In this document: positions 50,864 through 61,517 of the stretch, one piece after another
Numbering within the stretch: the stretch's first letter is position 1
How the letters are laid out: each line of letters starts with the position of its first letter
NCBI GenBank assembly: GCA_964387275.1
Contig: CAYLVW010000001.1
Location: 291,508 to 355,507 of the forward strand
Direction of reading: 5' to 3'
DNA: 64,000 nucleotides
Source of the DNA: an uncultured Candidatus Saccharibacteria bacterium
GTDB lineage: Bacteria > Patescibacteriota > WWE3 > UBA101185 > UBA10185
Notes under the pieces: generated by a model
Seen by the model: only the letters and a program-made list of their open reading frames with translations
Told to the model about the DNA's origin: nothing
Database searches by the model: none
Position numbers and translations under genes: made by a program

Positions 50864-51269
50864 CAAAGAGACGACAATTAAAGCAAGGCAAGATGCTGAA
50901 AAGGCACTGCTCATTGAACAGTTGAAAAAGACACCAATTATTTCAGTTGCTTGCGATAAAACAGGTGTGGGGCGCACTAGTTATTACAGATGGCGTGAAG
51001 AAGACAAGGATTTTGCTATAAAAGCAGACAAATCTTTATCAGAAGGAATATTGCTGATGAACGATATGGCTGAAAGCCAATTATTGTCTGCCATCAAGGA
51101 TGGAAATATGACGGCAATAATCTATTGGTTAAAACATAGGCACTCTGCTTACTCAACCAAGATTGAAATTGAAGGCAACATAAATACAAACTATGAACTT
51201 TCAGATTCCCAAAAGGAATTACTAAACAAAGCTATTAATTTAATTTTTAAGGAGGATTATGAATCTTAA
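50853..51269 (+). CDS. HTH protein, putative terminase small subunit
   Basis: ACDKTGVGRTSYYRW helix-turn-helix; AIIYWLK; directly before TerL. Confidence 0.7.
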   Translation: MTSSKETTIKARQDAEKALLIEQLKKTPIISVACDKTGVGRTSYYRWREEDKDFAIKADKSLSEGILLMNDMAESQLLSAIKDGNMTAIIYWLKHRHSAYSTKIEIEGNINTNYELSDSQKELLNKAINLIFKEDYES

Positions 51270-52785
51270 AGAAATCGAACAAAATATAGTTACAGATAAA
51301 AAATTTCGTATTAATTTGACGCAAGAAGATTTTGCATGGTTTTTCACGACTTACTTTAGTGATTACATTGGTTACAAAATCGCACCCTTACACAAGCAAA
51401 TGTTCAAAATCATTACGGATAGTGATAAATCCCTATCCGTGTTTGTAACATTTCGTGGATCAGGCAAGTCTACAATTCTTTCTTTAGCGTATCCAATATG
51501 GTCAATATTGGGAAAGCCTGGGAAGAAACACATAATTATTTGTAGTTACACGCAACCTCAAGCCAAACTAATATTAGAAAATATTAAGACTGAGCTTGAG
51601 AAAAATGAGCTTCTCATTCATGACTACGGTAAGTTTCAATATAGTGACGACTTGTGGAGAGCTGATACATTAGTTTTACCAAAATACGACGCAAGAATAT
51701 CAATTGCTTCTGTTGGTACGAGTATTAGAGGTGTACGACATGGAAAATATAGACCTGATCTTGTTATTCTTGACGATGCAGAGAGCTTGGAATCCGTGGA
51801 AACACTGGAAGGTCGCGATAGGGTTACTCATTGGTTAGAAAGAGATTTAATACCAGCAGGTGATAAAAACACACGCATTATAGTTTTAGGTAACTTGCTA
51901 CATAACGATGACCTAATTAATAGACTAATTAAGCGTGTTGATAACGAACAGTTAAGTGGGGATTACATGCGAGTGCCACTTATCGACGATAATGAAAAAA
52001 TAACATGGAAGGGTAAATATTCTGACATGACCGCTATAACTAGAGAAAAACTCCGTATTGGCGATGATAGGGCCTTTCGCAGAGAATATCTGCTCCAAAT
52101 AATTCCAGAAGATGAACAAATCATAACTGAGGATATGCTTACCTACTACGACGAGCTACCTGAGGCAAAATATAGGGACGCGGGCTTATTGGCAGTTGAT
52201 TTAGCGATTTCCAAAAAAGAATCCGCGGATAACACCGCCATGCTTGCAGGGTATGTTTACAAGATTAAAGATACACAATATCTATATATTCTACCTTTGC
52301 TTGTTAACTCTAAGCTCAATTTCCACGAAGCTGTAGATAAAGCAGAGGAGTTTGCCAAATCTATGGAAACAGGTAAGGCGACGCACATATATTCGGAAAG
52401 TGTTGGGTACCAATCTGCATTCATTGAGGAACTACTAAAGGATAGTTTTAATAATGCAGAAGGATTTGAGATTATGGGTAATGACAAAAGATCTAGATTA
52501 TCTACGACAGTACATCCGCTTAGCCAAGGGCGTGTCTTATTTCCTAAGAAGGGCTTAGATTTACTAAAAACACAGCTTTATGGCTTTGGCGTGGAGAAAC
52601 ACGACGATCTAGCGGACGCTTTTTCTATGCTCGTTATGAAAGGCTTAAATAATAAGTTTGGTTACGTTGACGCTATAGCTGTTCCATTTATTGACGGTAG
52701 AGAACGACTTTTGCCAAGTTTCGACGACGACAGTGGTTATCGTAGACGTGGGTTTTCTAGGTTCAGTATTCAGTTTCCTAGTTAA
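51259..52785 (+). CDS. Phage terminase large subunit-like protein
   Basis: Walker A RGSGKS, Walker B VILDDAE, nuclease motifs LAVDLA and HDDLADA. Confidence 0.88.
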   Translation: MNLKEIEQNIVTDKKFRINLTQEDFAWFFTTYFSDYIGYKIAPLHKQMFKIITDSDKSLSVFVTFRGSGKSTILSLAYPIWSILGKPGKKHIIICSYTQPQAKLILENIKTELEKNELLIHDYGKFQYSDDLWRADTLVLPKYDARISIASVGTSIRGVRHGKYRPDLVILDDAESLESVETLEGRDRVTHWLERDLIPAGDKNTRIIVLGNLLHNDDLINRLIKRVDNEQLSGDYMRVPLIDDNEKITWKGKYSDMTAITREKLRIGDDRAFRREYLLQIIPEDEQIITEDMLTYYDELPEAKYRDAGLLAVDLAISKKESADNTAMLAGYVYKIKDTQYLYILPLLVNSKLNFHEAVDKAEEFAKSMETGKATHIYSESVGYQSAFIEELLKDSFNNAEGFEIMGNDKRSRLSTTVHPLSQGRVLFPKKGLDLLKTQLYGFGVEKHDDLADAFSMLVMKGLNNKFGYVDAIAVPFIDGRERLLPSFDDDSGYRRRGFSRFSIQFPS

Positions 52786-52811
52786 GTTGCTATAATGAGC
52801 ATAGAAAATTG

Positions 52812-52948
52812 AATCCGCGGCGAAATCAAAAATCCATATCTGTATAGGTATGGTGCGTAAAACCTAAAAAGGGGTCTACCTTCTAGGGTTTTACGCTTCG
52901 CCGCGGATTACTACAAAGGTGGGCCCCTTTTTTATGTATAGGCGAAGC
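52812..52948 (+). ncRNA. Candidate structured RNA (three-way junction with loop-downstream pairing)
   Basis: Perfect 13-bp stem 52812-52824/52897-52909, two inner stems, 17-nt loop complementary to 52916-52932; TGCTATAAT just upstream. Confidence 0.6.
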
Positions 52949-53062
52949 AAAGCAAAACTTAATACAATACTTTTTAACAGCACACTCCTTTGCATTATTA
53001 CCATTAGTGCGTCATCCATTAGACAGATAAATATTTTGAGAATTTTTAAGGAGGTGATATGA

Positions 53063-53725
53063 GTGTCAATTAAAAAATGTAAATATTGTCAAACTGATAT
53101 AGATCAAAAAGCGAAAATTTGTCCAAACTGTAAAAAGGATCAAAGAATTTGGTTTGCAAAACATCCTATCCTAACAGCAATACTAGTATTGTTCGTTATC
53201 GGTATCATATCTTCATCAGGAGATTCATCTAGTAAATTTACTACTGAAGGCGGATCAAAACCTACAACTACGGATACTTCTACAAAAACAACTCCTGAAA
53301 AACAGGCTGATACAGCTAAAACTGTAAAGCTTAACGAAGATTTACAGGTAGGAGATGTAAAGTGGAAGGTTATCAAGGCACGAACTGCTGACCAACTTAC
53401 TGATTATTCAGGAGCAGTTAAACCTGCAGGTAAGTTCCTTATAGTTAATGTTGTCGTGGAGAACATGGGCAAAGACATGAAAACTGTAACTGGACTTAAG
53501 GTTGTGGATGATAAAGACCGCGAATTTACTTCATATAGTAAATCTTTTGGACTTCAGAACCTTGGAGCTGAATCGCTTTATGTTCTAAGTAACATAAATC
53601 CAAACGTACCTTTAACATTTGCTGATGTATATGAAATACCTGCCGATGCAAAAGGATTAAGACTTAAGGTTGGAGATCTGTCGCTACTTGGAAGTGAGTC
53701 TGGTTTGATAGACCTGGGTTTATAG
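53063..53725 (+). CDS. Zn-ribbon + TM + DUF4352-like protein
   Basis: CKYC...CPNC; TM; GKFLIVNVVVEN...INP...VYEIP; AAGGAGGTG SD. Confidence 0.82.
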   Translation: MSIKKCKYCQTDIDQKAKICPNCKKDQRIWFAKHPILTAILVLFVIGIISSSGDSSSKFTTEGGSKPTTTDTSTKTTPEKQADTAKTVKLNEDLQVGDVKWKVIKARTADQLTDYSGAVKPAGKFLIVNVVVENMGKDMKTVTGLKVVDDKDREFTSYSKSFGLQNLGAESLYVLSNINPNVPLTFADVYEIPADAKGLRLKVGDLSLLGSESGLIDLGL

Positions 53726-53728
53726 CAC

Positions 53729-53756
53729 TTAAGGGCGGACTAATATCCGCCCTTAA
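53729..53756. terminator. Hairpin between convergent genes
   Basis: TTAAGGGCGGA-CTAATA-TCCGCCCTTAA. Confidence 0.7.
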
Positions 53757-53781
53757 TCGTCTTACCTACTTAATGAAAGTA

Positions 53782-56700
53782 CTATTTTTTTAACGCATTA
53801 ACATTCAGATAATGGAAATTATCCAATACAGTATCCGTTTTAGGTAGAATCCCAGTCACAATTACATTTATTCCGAAGAAGTTCTCGATGCGATCACCTT
53901 CTTTACTAAATAGCTTTTCTTTAATCATCATATCTGCTTCGGTATTACCGATGTACACTGGTTGATACACTTTACCCCCAATTGTAACGGTGTTAAATGC
54001 ATTCTCAGGTATAAACTGCTTTATTTTTTCAGGTATATTACCTTCAACTAAGTAAAATAACTTAGCGGTACCATCCTCAGCTCGCGCTGAGGCAACAGAG
54101 CCTACAGATATAATGTTTTTATATGTATTTGCGTTTACAATATGCATTTTATCCAGTATGGTTCCTGTAGGTGCTAACACTCCTGAAATCTTCATCTTAT
54201 TAATTCCAAAGAAGTCAGCTAAAGTATCTCCAGGTTTACTGAAAAGATTCTCATTTTTCATCATCATTGCTTCGTCGTAACCCACAATCATAGAATTGTC
54301 TTCTAAATTATATGTACCCTCTGAAATTTTAAGATCTTTAATTTTTCCAATGTCTATTGTTGAAAATACTTTTGGGTCTCCTTCAGCAAAATTCACCTTC
54401 ATATTGCCAGACGCTAATCCTAGGTTAATGTTTTTTACAACTTCATTTGACACAACAGTTTTTGTCATTTCACTTTCGGCAATAGCCATAGTAGAACTAA
54501 ACCTAGCAAATTCAAAAAACAAGAACGAAAAAAGTACAATCATAATTATGGGAGCTGATATTGAAATCCAATTTCTTTTTCCAGGCTTGTAACCTCTTAG
54601 AGTTAATGAATTTGAGACAACCGAGATAGAACTTAGTGCCATAGCAAGCCCTGCGAGCTCTGGTTTTAGAACTAAGCCCAAACCTACAAAGACGCGTGCT
54701 GCGATGGGAATACCAATTACATTGTAGAACAAGGCAAAGAACATGTTCTGTTTAATCTTATTTACAGTAGCTTTTGAAAGATCGATTGCATTAACTACAT
54801 CTCTTAGGTCGTTTCTTATGATTACAATACCACCAGCTTCCATAGCGACGTCAGTTCCAGAACCCATGGCAATACCTAAGTTTGCCTGTGCGAGGGCTGG
54901 GGCATCATTTATACCGTCTCCAACCATTGCTACCCGTTTACCAGAATCCTGTAATTTCTTAACTTCGTTAACTTTGTCTTCGGGTAAGACTTCCGCTAAA
55001 ATATTTGTTATTCCAACCTGTTGAGCTATTGCTTTCGCTGTGCGTTCGTTATCTCCTGTAATCATATAAACCTCTATCCCAAGTTTTCTTAACCTGTCTA
55101 CCGCCTCCTTAGAGGTTTCTTTGACGGTGTCTGCAACAGCAACAGTACCTAAAACTGACTCTTTTGTAGCCAGAATCATTGCAGTTTTTCCCTGCTCTTC
55201 TAGCTTAGTGAGCTTTCTATCAAACTTCTCAATTGAAAGATTTAATACATCTTTGATATGTTTTCTGTTACCGAAATAGTAAGTAATATCACCAATTGAA
55301 CCCTCGACACCATGTCCTGGGATTGCTTTAAATGATGCCACCTCACTCAACGCCATTTGTTCTTCTTGTGCATACGTATAGATGGCCTCTGCCAACGGAT
55401 GTTCTGATTGTTTCTCAAGACTTGCTGCAACTTGAAGAACTTCATCTTCATCTAACAAGCCAAAACTTAAGGTATCTGTTACTTCTGGTTTGCCTTTGGT
55501 AATTGTTCCAGTCTTATCAAATACAATTGCATTAATTTTTACTGCAGCCTCTAATGGTTCTCCACCTTTAACAAGGATTCCGTTTTCTGCACCTTTACCA
55601 GTTCCAACCATAATAGATGTTGGCGTAGCCAAACCTAGCGCACAGGGGCAAGCTATAACTATTACTGATGTAAAGGCCATTAATGCAAAGGATAGGGTTG
55701 ACCCTAATAAAAAGTACCAAACACCAAATGTAATTAGAGCCAATACTAATACTACGGGAACAAATACCGCTGAAATTTTATCAGCTACAGCTTGAATAGG
55801 AGCTTTTGATCCTTGAGCTGTCTCAACTAATCTAATAATTTGAGATAGTGTTGTCTCGGAGCCTACTCTCGTGGCTTTAAATTCAAAACTTCCTGTTTTA
55901 TTTATTGTTCCACCTACAACCGTATCACCTTCGTGTTTCTCTACAGGTAAACTTTCACCTGTAATCATAGATTCATCTACGGCCGAAGACCCTTTTATAA
56001 TCTCCCCATCAACAGGAACTTTTTCACCAGGTCTAACAACAACTACATCTCCGTTAACAACCTGCTCAATGGGAATATCTACTGTATTTCCGTTTCTTAC
56101 AATGCGTGCTGTTTTAGCTTGTAATCCCATTAATTTTTTTATTGCATCGGAAGTTCTGCCCTTAGCTTTTGCCTCAAGCCATTTACCTAAGATTACAAAA
56201 GTTATCAAAAAAGCGGCAGTTTCAAAGTAGAGTTCAGGAATTTTGGCTCCACCTATACCAATTATAGATTTTGTGGCTAGGTAATAAGCAATAAAGTTAA
56301 TAACGCTGTAAAAGTAAGCTACAGAAGTACCAATTGCAATTAAGCTGTCCATATTAAATGTTCTCATCCTTAGAGCAGAAAACATTCCTTTATAAAAACC
56401 TTTTCCAATAATGAACTGTACGGGCGTAGTAAGTATAAGAGAAATTATTCCGACGTAAGGAAGTAATGCGACACGACCTGGAAATGTTGCCACAAAGTCA
56501 AATATCATAAAGTAAATCATTGGTACACTAAGAACCAAGCTTATAAGGAATTGCTTAAACATCCAATTTATATGACCCTGTTGCTTATTTTTGTCACTGT
56601 CAGATGGATTCTGTTTTGTAATAGAGGCTTTATATCCAGCTTTCTCTACAGCTTTAATCAATGTTTCTTTTTCGGTGACTGCTTCATCCACTAAAATACT

Positions 56701-57279
56701 TGCTTTTTCAGCTGCAAAATTAACATTTGCTTCTTTAACGCCACTCACCTTCCGTATAGATTTTTCAATGATTGCGGCACAAGAGGAACAGTGCATTCCT
56801 TCGATATCTAAGGAAACTCTATTTATACCCTTTGGGGTTACAGGTAAAGCTACTGAATTATCACCTACTTTTGTTGCAACCGTTTGTTGGATTGCGTTTG
56901 TATTCAGTTGGGCAGGTTCTGTATTTTTAGGACCCTCTATATGATTATTAAAGACTCCTGAAAGATTTAATGACTTCAAATCTTTTTCAGATCCTTCTAA
57001 TTCTATCCTTTGTTCTAAAATTATTTTTATCGAGCTAGTATCAGAGTTTTTATCCTCCTGAGTCTCACTAGATGTTGCTTTATATCCTGCTTTTTCTACC
57101 GCACCTAAAAGAGCGTTAATATTAGTTTTATCTGTATCTACAATTACAGTACCTTCTCCTGATTTTGCATCAACTTTTATATCACTTACTCCCTGTATTT
57201 CTGATAATTCATCTTTTATAAGGGTCTCACATGAAGAACAGTGCATCCCTTCAATTTTGAGTTTGATTAACTTCTGCAT
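53782..57279 (-). CDS. copA: Cu(+)-translocating P1B-type ATPase with two HMA domains and a long C-terminal extension
   Basis: Two GMHCSSC; TGES, CPC, DKTGT, SEHP, GDGIND, YN and MALSS motifs. Confidence 0.93.
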   Translation of the reverse strand: MQKLIKLKIEGMHCSSCETLIKDELSEIQGVSDIKVDAKSGEGTVIVDTDKTNINALLGAVEKAGYKATSSETQEDKNSDTSSIKIILEQRIELEGSEKDLKSLNLSGVFNNHIEGPKNTEPAQLNTNAIQQTVATKVGDNSVALPVTPKGINRVSLDIEGMHCSSCAAIIEKSIRKVSGVKEANVNFAAEKASILVDEAVTEKETLIKAVEKAGYKASITKQNPSDSDKNKQQGHINWMFKQFLISLVLSVPMIYFMIFDFVATFPGRVALLPYVGIISLILTTPVQFIIGKGFYKGMFSALRMRTFNMDSLIAIGTSVAYFYSVINFIAYYLATKSIIGIGGAKIPELYFETAAFLITFVILGKWLEAKAKGRTSDAIKKLMGLQAKTARIVRNGNTVDIPIEQVVNGDVVVVRPGEKVPVDGEIIKGSSAVDESMITGESLPVEKHEGDTVVGGTINKTGSFEFKATRVGSETTLSQIIRLVETAQGSKAPIQAVADKISAVFVPVVLVLALITFGVWYFLLGSTLSFALMAFTSVIVIACPCALGLATPTSIMVGTGKGAENGILVKGGEPLEAAVKINAIVFDKTGTITKGKPEVTDTLSFGLLDEDEVLQVAASLEKQSEHPLAEAIYTYAQEEQMALSEVASFKAIPGHGVEGSIGDITYYFGNRKHIKDVLNLSIEKFDRKLTKLEEQGKTAMILATKESVLGTVAVADTVKETSKEAVDRLRKLGIEVYMITGDNERTAKAIAQQVGITNILAEVLPEDKVNEVKKLQDSGKRVAMVGDGINDAPALAQANLGIAMGSGTDVAMEAGGIVIIRNDLRDVVNAIDLSKATVNKIKQNMFFALFYNVIGIPIAARVFVGLGLVLKPELAGLAMALSSISVVSNSLTLRGYKPGKRNWISISAPIIMIVLFSFLFFEFARFSSTMAIAESEMTKTVVSNEVVKNINLGLASGNMKVNFAEGDPKVFSTIDIGKIKDLKISEGTYNLEDNSMIVGYDEAMMMKNENLFSKPGDTLADFFGINKMKISGVLAPTGTILDKMHIVNANTYKNIISVGSVASARAEDGTAKLFYLVEGNIPEKIKQFIPENAFNTVTIGGKVYQPVYIGNTEADMMIKEKLFSKEGDRIENFFGINVIVTGILPKTDTVLDNFHYLNVNALKK

Positions 57280-57280
57280 T

Positions 57281-57496
57281 TTAAACCTCCACAAAACCAA
57301 TAATTTTATACTCTGTATCTTTCAAGGCATTTTCGACCTGTATTTGGTTTATTGGGTTGTTAGACTGTATTAATGCAGTTTGTGCATCTAACTCTACAGT
57401 GATTAAAGTTACTCCTTCTAATTTTCCGAGTCTTTTTTGTATGATTTTCTTACACGCATCGCAATGTAGACCTTGTAATTGGATTTTATAGTTCAT
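57281..57496 (-). CDS. HMA-domain metallochaperone (CopZ-like)
   Basis: GLHCDAC motif; 71 aa. Confidence 0.85.
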   Translation of the reverse strand: MNYKIQLQGLHCDACKKIIQKRLGKLEGVTLITVELDAQTALIQSNNPINQIQVENALKDTEYKIIGFVEV

Positions 57497-57507
57497 ATTT
57501 TCTCCTC

Positions 57508-59385
57508 TTAATTAACCGTTATTGTTCCTCTTGGAACTCCCATCGCACAGGTTATTTTATATACACCTGTTTTTGTAGGGGTGAAATTAAATACTGTTTT
57601 TTGCCCTTTCTGGAAGGGGTAATAATCTTGAGCAAGCCCCGGTAAGGCTACACTTCCCATACAACCAGCTCCGTCGTCGTTAGCTTCAATCTCAAACTGA
57701 ACAGGCATATTGGCTTTTACAGTAAAGTTGTTTGGTTGGAGGTCTCTATCCACCGAATAGGTAGCCTGAATTAACTGAACTTGCGTATTTGTACCATTTG
57801 TAGATGGTACTGTGTCTGCATTAACATTTGCTGATGGTTGCATATTCTTTAAACCTCCGCCACAGCCACAACCCCCACCAGATGCTCCACAACTTCCTCC
57901 TCTTTGTGGAACTTGGTTTTGAGCAGAAGCATATAAATTACCATTGGAATTTGTATTAGAACCTACTCCAGAGTTATCGACAACATTAAAAGATCCTGTG
58001 TACATTCCCATGCTACAAGAAAACCTTATGGTTCCGTTTTCATTAGGCGTGAATTCAATTATGTTTTCTCCTTCATTCAACATTTTCCTGATTCCAAGTT
58101 GTGAAGAAAATATACTAGCCGCACAAGTATTAGAGTCAGTTGATGTAATGAGCCATTTTACGGGAACTCCTTTTTTAATCGTGAATGACCTAGGTGAGTA
58201 CCCATTACTGTTTTGTGTCATTTTGACTAGTTGAACTCCATTTTGCATGGTGACATTAGGATCTGTTGCATTTAAATTAGAGTTAACAGTAGTATTTGCA
58301 AGTGCTCCAAGGGAAGGAAGTACAAACCCTGTAAGATTCAAACCATTGGAAATATTAAAAATAGAAAGGGCAATAACCATAAGTCCGACAAACTTGAAAA
58401 AAGGTTTGGCAAAAACTCCTTTGACTAAAGATGTTAATCCACCAACCCCTAATAGTCCTGGTGCAGTACCTAAAGCGAAAATCCCCATAGTGAGTGCACC
58501 TGTTAACGCACTTCCGCTTGAAATTGCGTATAACTGCATTGCTTGTGTAAATCCGCATGGCAAAAAGAATGTCATACCGCCAAGTAAAAAAGAACCTTTA
58601 TTTGAATATTCATCTTCTTTTTGAGTGTCTATGCCAATAAGCTTATATAGACTTTTGGGCAACGTGAACTTAATTCTTTCAAGTCTGGGAAATATTGCTA
58701 TTGTTTGCAGACCCAGTAGAAGCATTACAATTCCAACTAATATTGTTAAGAATCCAATTGATGATGGACCTAGTTGTAGAAAAGAACCAAAATACCCTAT
58801 TACTCCACCAAATAAAATAAAGAAAAATATCCTACCTAAGTTGAAAATAACGTGAGGTGTAAATTTTTGTAGTGCTGTTGTATTAGGGTGTTTCTCAGAA
58901 AATCTTGCTGAAACTCCTAAGACCAATCCACCTACTAAAGCCATGCATGTTGATAAACCTGCGGTTAGCCCCACTAGAAACACTACAGGAAGGCTGGATA
59001 AATTATTCGAGGAGTTAAAAGCAATATTAAAGAAACCTAAACCTTTCGCAACAAAATAGACTGCGATTAATGCGATGGTAGCTTTTACTAATTCTTTATA
59101 GTCTTTTGGATTTCTTGAAATCCAACTATTACTATCTTTACCCAAACTATAACCGCAACCACACACGGCATCTTCTATATGAGAGTCCAATACCTCACCA
59201 TCATAGAATATCTCAGCTATTCCTTTTTTTTCGCTTACATTAACTTTATGAATACCGTCAATTTTTAGAAGTTCTTCTTCTATTAAAATTTCACAGGAAC
59301 GACAGTGCATCCCTTTAATAGGTACGATTTTTTTTCTTCGCTCACCGGGGTGGGCAAAGTTATTTGTTTGGATTTGTTTGGCCAT
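57508..59385 (-). CDS. HMA + DsbD_2/TauE-like membrane domain + two cupredoxin-like domains
   Basis: GMHCRSC; STCMALVGG and FLPCG; FSCSMGM and ITCAMG. Confidence 0.88.
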   Translation of the reverse strand: MAKQIQTNNFAHPGERRKKIVPIKGMHCRSCEILIEEELLKIDGIHKVNVSEKKGIAEIFYDGEVLDSHIEDAVCGCGYSLGKDSNSWISRNPKDYKELVKATIALIAVYFVAKGLGFFNIAFNSSNNLSSLPVVFLVGLTAGLSTCMALVGGLVLGVSARFSEKHPNTTALQKFTPHVIFNLGRIFFFILFGGVIGYFGSFLQLGPSSIGFLTILVGIVMLLLGLQTIAIFPRLERIKFTLPKSLYKLIGIDTQKEDEYSNKGSFLLGGMTFFLPCGFTQAMQLYAISSGSALTGALTMGIFALGTAPGLLGVGGLTSLVKGVFAKPFFKFVGLMVIALSIFNISNGLNLTGFVLPSLGALANTTVNSNLNATDPNVTMQNGVQLVKMTQNSNGYSPRSFTIKKGVPVKWLITSTDSNTCAASIFSSQLGIRKMLNEGENIIEFTPNENGTIRFSCSMGMYTGSFNVVDNSGVGSNTNSNGNLYASAQNQVPQRGGSCGASGGGCGCGGGLKNMQPSANVNADTVPSTNGTNTQVQLIQATYSVDRDLQPNNFTVKANMPVQFEIEANDDGAGCMGSVALPGLAQDYYPFQKGQKTVFNFTPTKTGVYKITCAMGVPRGTITVN

Positions 59386-59392
59386 ATCGACA

Positions 59393-59425
59393 ATGATACC
59401 TAACTACCTATGAGAAACTTATGAA
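59393..59425 (-). promoter_or_regulatory. Promoter with OmpR-type direct repeat upstream of the copper operon
   Basis: Minus-strand TATCAT 7 nt before ATG; TCATA repeated with 11-bp period (59409, 59420) over the -35 region. Confidence 0.55.
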
Positions 59426-59466
59426 GATGGCTAGATATTTTAATATAGGGTTGTATTACGTAGATT

Positions 59467-60846
59467 TCATTTCTGTATTTTAAGTATTATCCTAAAAGTA
59501 CTGCCTTTATTTTTTTCGCTTTCAACTTCTATATAACCTTCATGGGTGTTAATAATAGAATCAGCTATAGCTAGTCCTAACCCATGTCCTGCTATATTTT
59601 TATTTTGTTCAGTTCTATAAAATCTGTTAAATATATTTTTTTGGTGTTCTTTGTCAATTCCAATTCCTGTATCTGTTATCTCTATAACTGCATTTTCTTC
59701 TTTTTTATATAAATTTAACGTTACTTCTCCTTTTGCTGGCGTAAATTTTAGTGCATTATCAAGAATATTGTAAATTGCCTGATATAGTTTTTCCTCCTTT
59801 CCTAAGACAACTATATTCTCATCGATTATGTTATGTATTTTTATCTGTTTAGGCGATGCCGTATATTCAGCGATATTAATAATTTCTAACATTAGTTGGG
59901 ACAAGTTTATTTTGGTAAATTTACTTTTTACTTCAGTACTTTGTGACCATGCAAAGTCCATTAAGCTCAGCAGATTTTTGGTTAGTTTTTCAATTTGATC
60001 TAGCGATTGATGTATAGCCTGTTTATATTCGGCAGGAGTTCTATCTTTTGAAAGGATTACTTCCGCGTTACTTTTTATAACTGCGAGTGGTGTTTTGATT
60101 TCGTGTGCCATCTCTCCTAAAAATTGACGTTCCAAATTAAACGAACTATTTAACCTGTCCAGTAATGAGTTAAAATTTCTTACAAGTAACGCTGTCTCTT
60201 CAGAATCAATTTTAACTTCTAAGTGCCTAGATAAATTTTCTGAATTTATTTTATTAATGTCAAAGCTCAATGTTCTTATTGGATCAGTGGCAGACTTTGC
60301 AATCAAATATCCAATTAAGATAGCTGGTGCAATTAGAAATATTAACAATAAGATACCTATGGTTCTTATTTGAGATAGGGTTGACTCGTAGACATCTATT
60401 TGATGTCCCATTATTACTGCCCCGTAAGCTACATTATTAGTAGTTACTGGATATGCTATTACTCTCATACTGTAACCATTTATTTTTGTTTGCGAGAAGA
60501 TTGCGTTATTAGCATGTATAGCTCTTAGTGCTAGATCTTTAAAGATGGAATCGGACCCATCCGCATTGTACCCTTGATCATCAACTATTTGAATAAATAT
60601 TCCAGGTGCTTCTTTTTGACTAAGTTCGAGAATGTTTTTAGTTTCCTCATCGTGTAAATTATTTGTCTTACCACCTAAGGTATATGCAATCTGGGTAGAA
60701 TGTATAGTTAAAGACCTGTCAGTTTCATAGATCAAATATCTATTTGTTAGCAGATAAAAGCTTACAAATAATATTATGCTGACTGAAATAAAGACCAGTG
60801 AATACCAGATAGTTAGTTTATTTTTTATACTTAAATGTTTTTTCAT
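59467..60846 (-). CDS. Sensor histidine kinase (HAMP, two TM)
   Basis: AHEIKTPL, NALKFT, DTGIGI and GHGLGL motifs. Confidence 0.93.
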   Translation of the reverse strand: MKKHLSIKNKLTIWYSLVFISVSIILFVSFYLLTNRYLIYETDRSLTIHSTQIAYTLGGKTNNLHDEETKNILELSQKEAPGIFIQIVDDQGYNADGSDSIFKDLALRAIHANNAIFSQTKINGYSMRVIAYPVTTNNVAYGAVIMGHQIDVYESTLSQIRTIGILLLIFLIAPAILIGYLIAKSATDPIRTLSFDINKINSENLSRHLEVKIDSEETALLVRNFNSLLDRLNSSFNLERQFLGEMAHEIKTPLAVIKSNAEVILSKDRTPAEYKQAIHQSLDQIEKLTKNLLSLMDFAWSQSTEVKSKFTKINLSQLMLEIINIAEYTASPKQIKIHNIIDENIVVLGKEEKLYQAIYNILDNALKFTPAKGEVTLNLYKKEENAVIEITDTGIGIDKEHQKNIFNRFYRTEQNKNIAGHGLGLAIADSIINTHEGYIEVESEKNKGSTFRIILKIQK

Positions 60847-61517
60847 TCTTTTTCTGATAATTTAAAACCGACGCCGTAAACAGTATGAATTAATTTCCTA
60901 CATTCGGATCTATCAATTTTTTTTCTTAAGGAACCCATTAACACATCTACTATATTACTATTCCCTGTATAACTCGTGTCCCAAACGTGATCTAACATCA
61001 TTGTTCTGGTCACTACATTGTCTTTGTGGCTTGCCAGTAATTCCAGGATTGAAAACTCTTTTGGTGTAAGAAGTATTTCTATAGCGCCTCTAAACACTTC
61101 ATGTTTGGCAGAGTTTATTTTTAGATCGGCTACCTCTATTATTGGAAGTTCAATTTGATCTTTTCTTCTCAATAATGCTTTTACACGCACATATAGTTCT
61201 GCAATACTAAAAGGCTTAGTTAGGTAATCATCAGCACCTATGTTAAATCCTTCTATTTTATCTTCTAACCGTGATTTGGCAGTTAACATCAGTATAGGAG
61301 TATGTATTCTCTTATCCTTTAACATTTTACATAGCAGAAGTCCATCTATTTTTGGAAGCATTAAATCCAGAATAATGAGATCGTAAGGTTCGGTTTCAGC
61401 CATAAAGCTACCCTCTTCGCCGTCAAATGCAATATCAACAGCATACCCTTGTTCTAATAAGCCTTTTTGCAGGTTTTTTGCTAAATCCTCTTCATCTTCA
61501 ACTATTAGTAGTCTCAT
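60843..61517 (-). CDS. OmpR-family response regulator
   Basis: LLIVEDE, LDLMLP, GADDYLTKPF and HTVYGVGF motifs. Confidence 0.95.
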   Translation of the reverse strand: MRLLIVEDEEDLAKNLQKGLLEQGYAVDIAFDGEEGSFMAETEPYDLIILDLMLPKIDGLLLCKMLKDKRIHTPILMLTAKSRLEDKIEGFNIGADDYLTKPFSIAELYVRVKALLRRKDQIELPIIEVADLKINSAKHEVFRGAIEILLTPKEFSILELLASHKDNVVTRTMMLDHVWDTSYTGNSNIVDVLMGSLRKKIDRSECRKLIHTVYGVGFKLSEKE

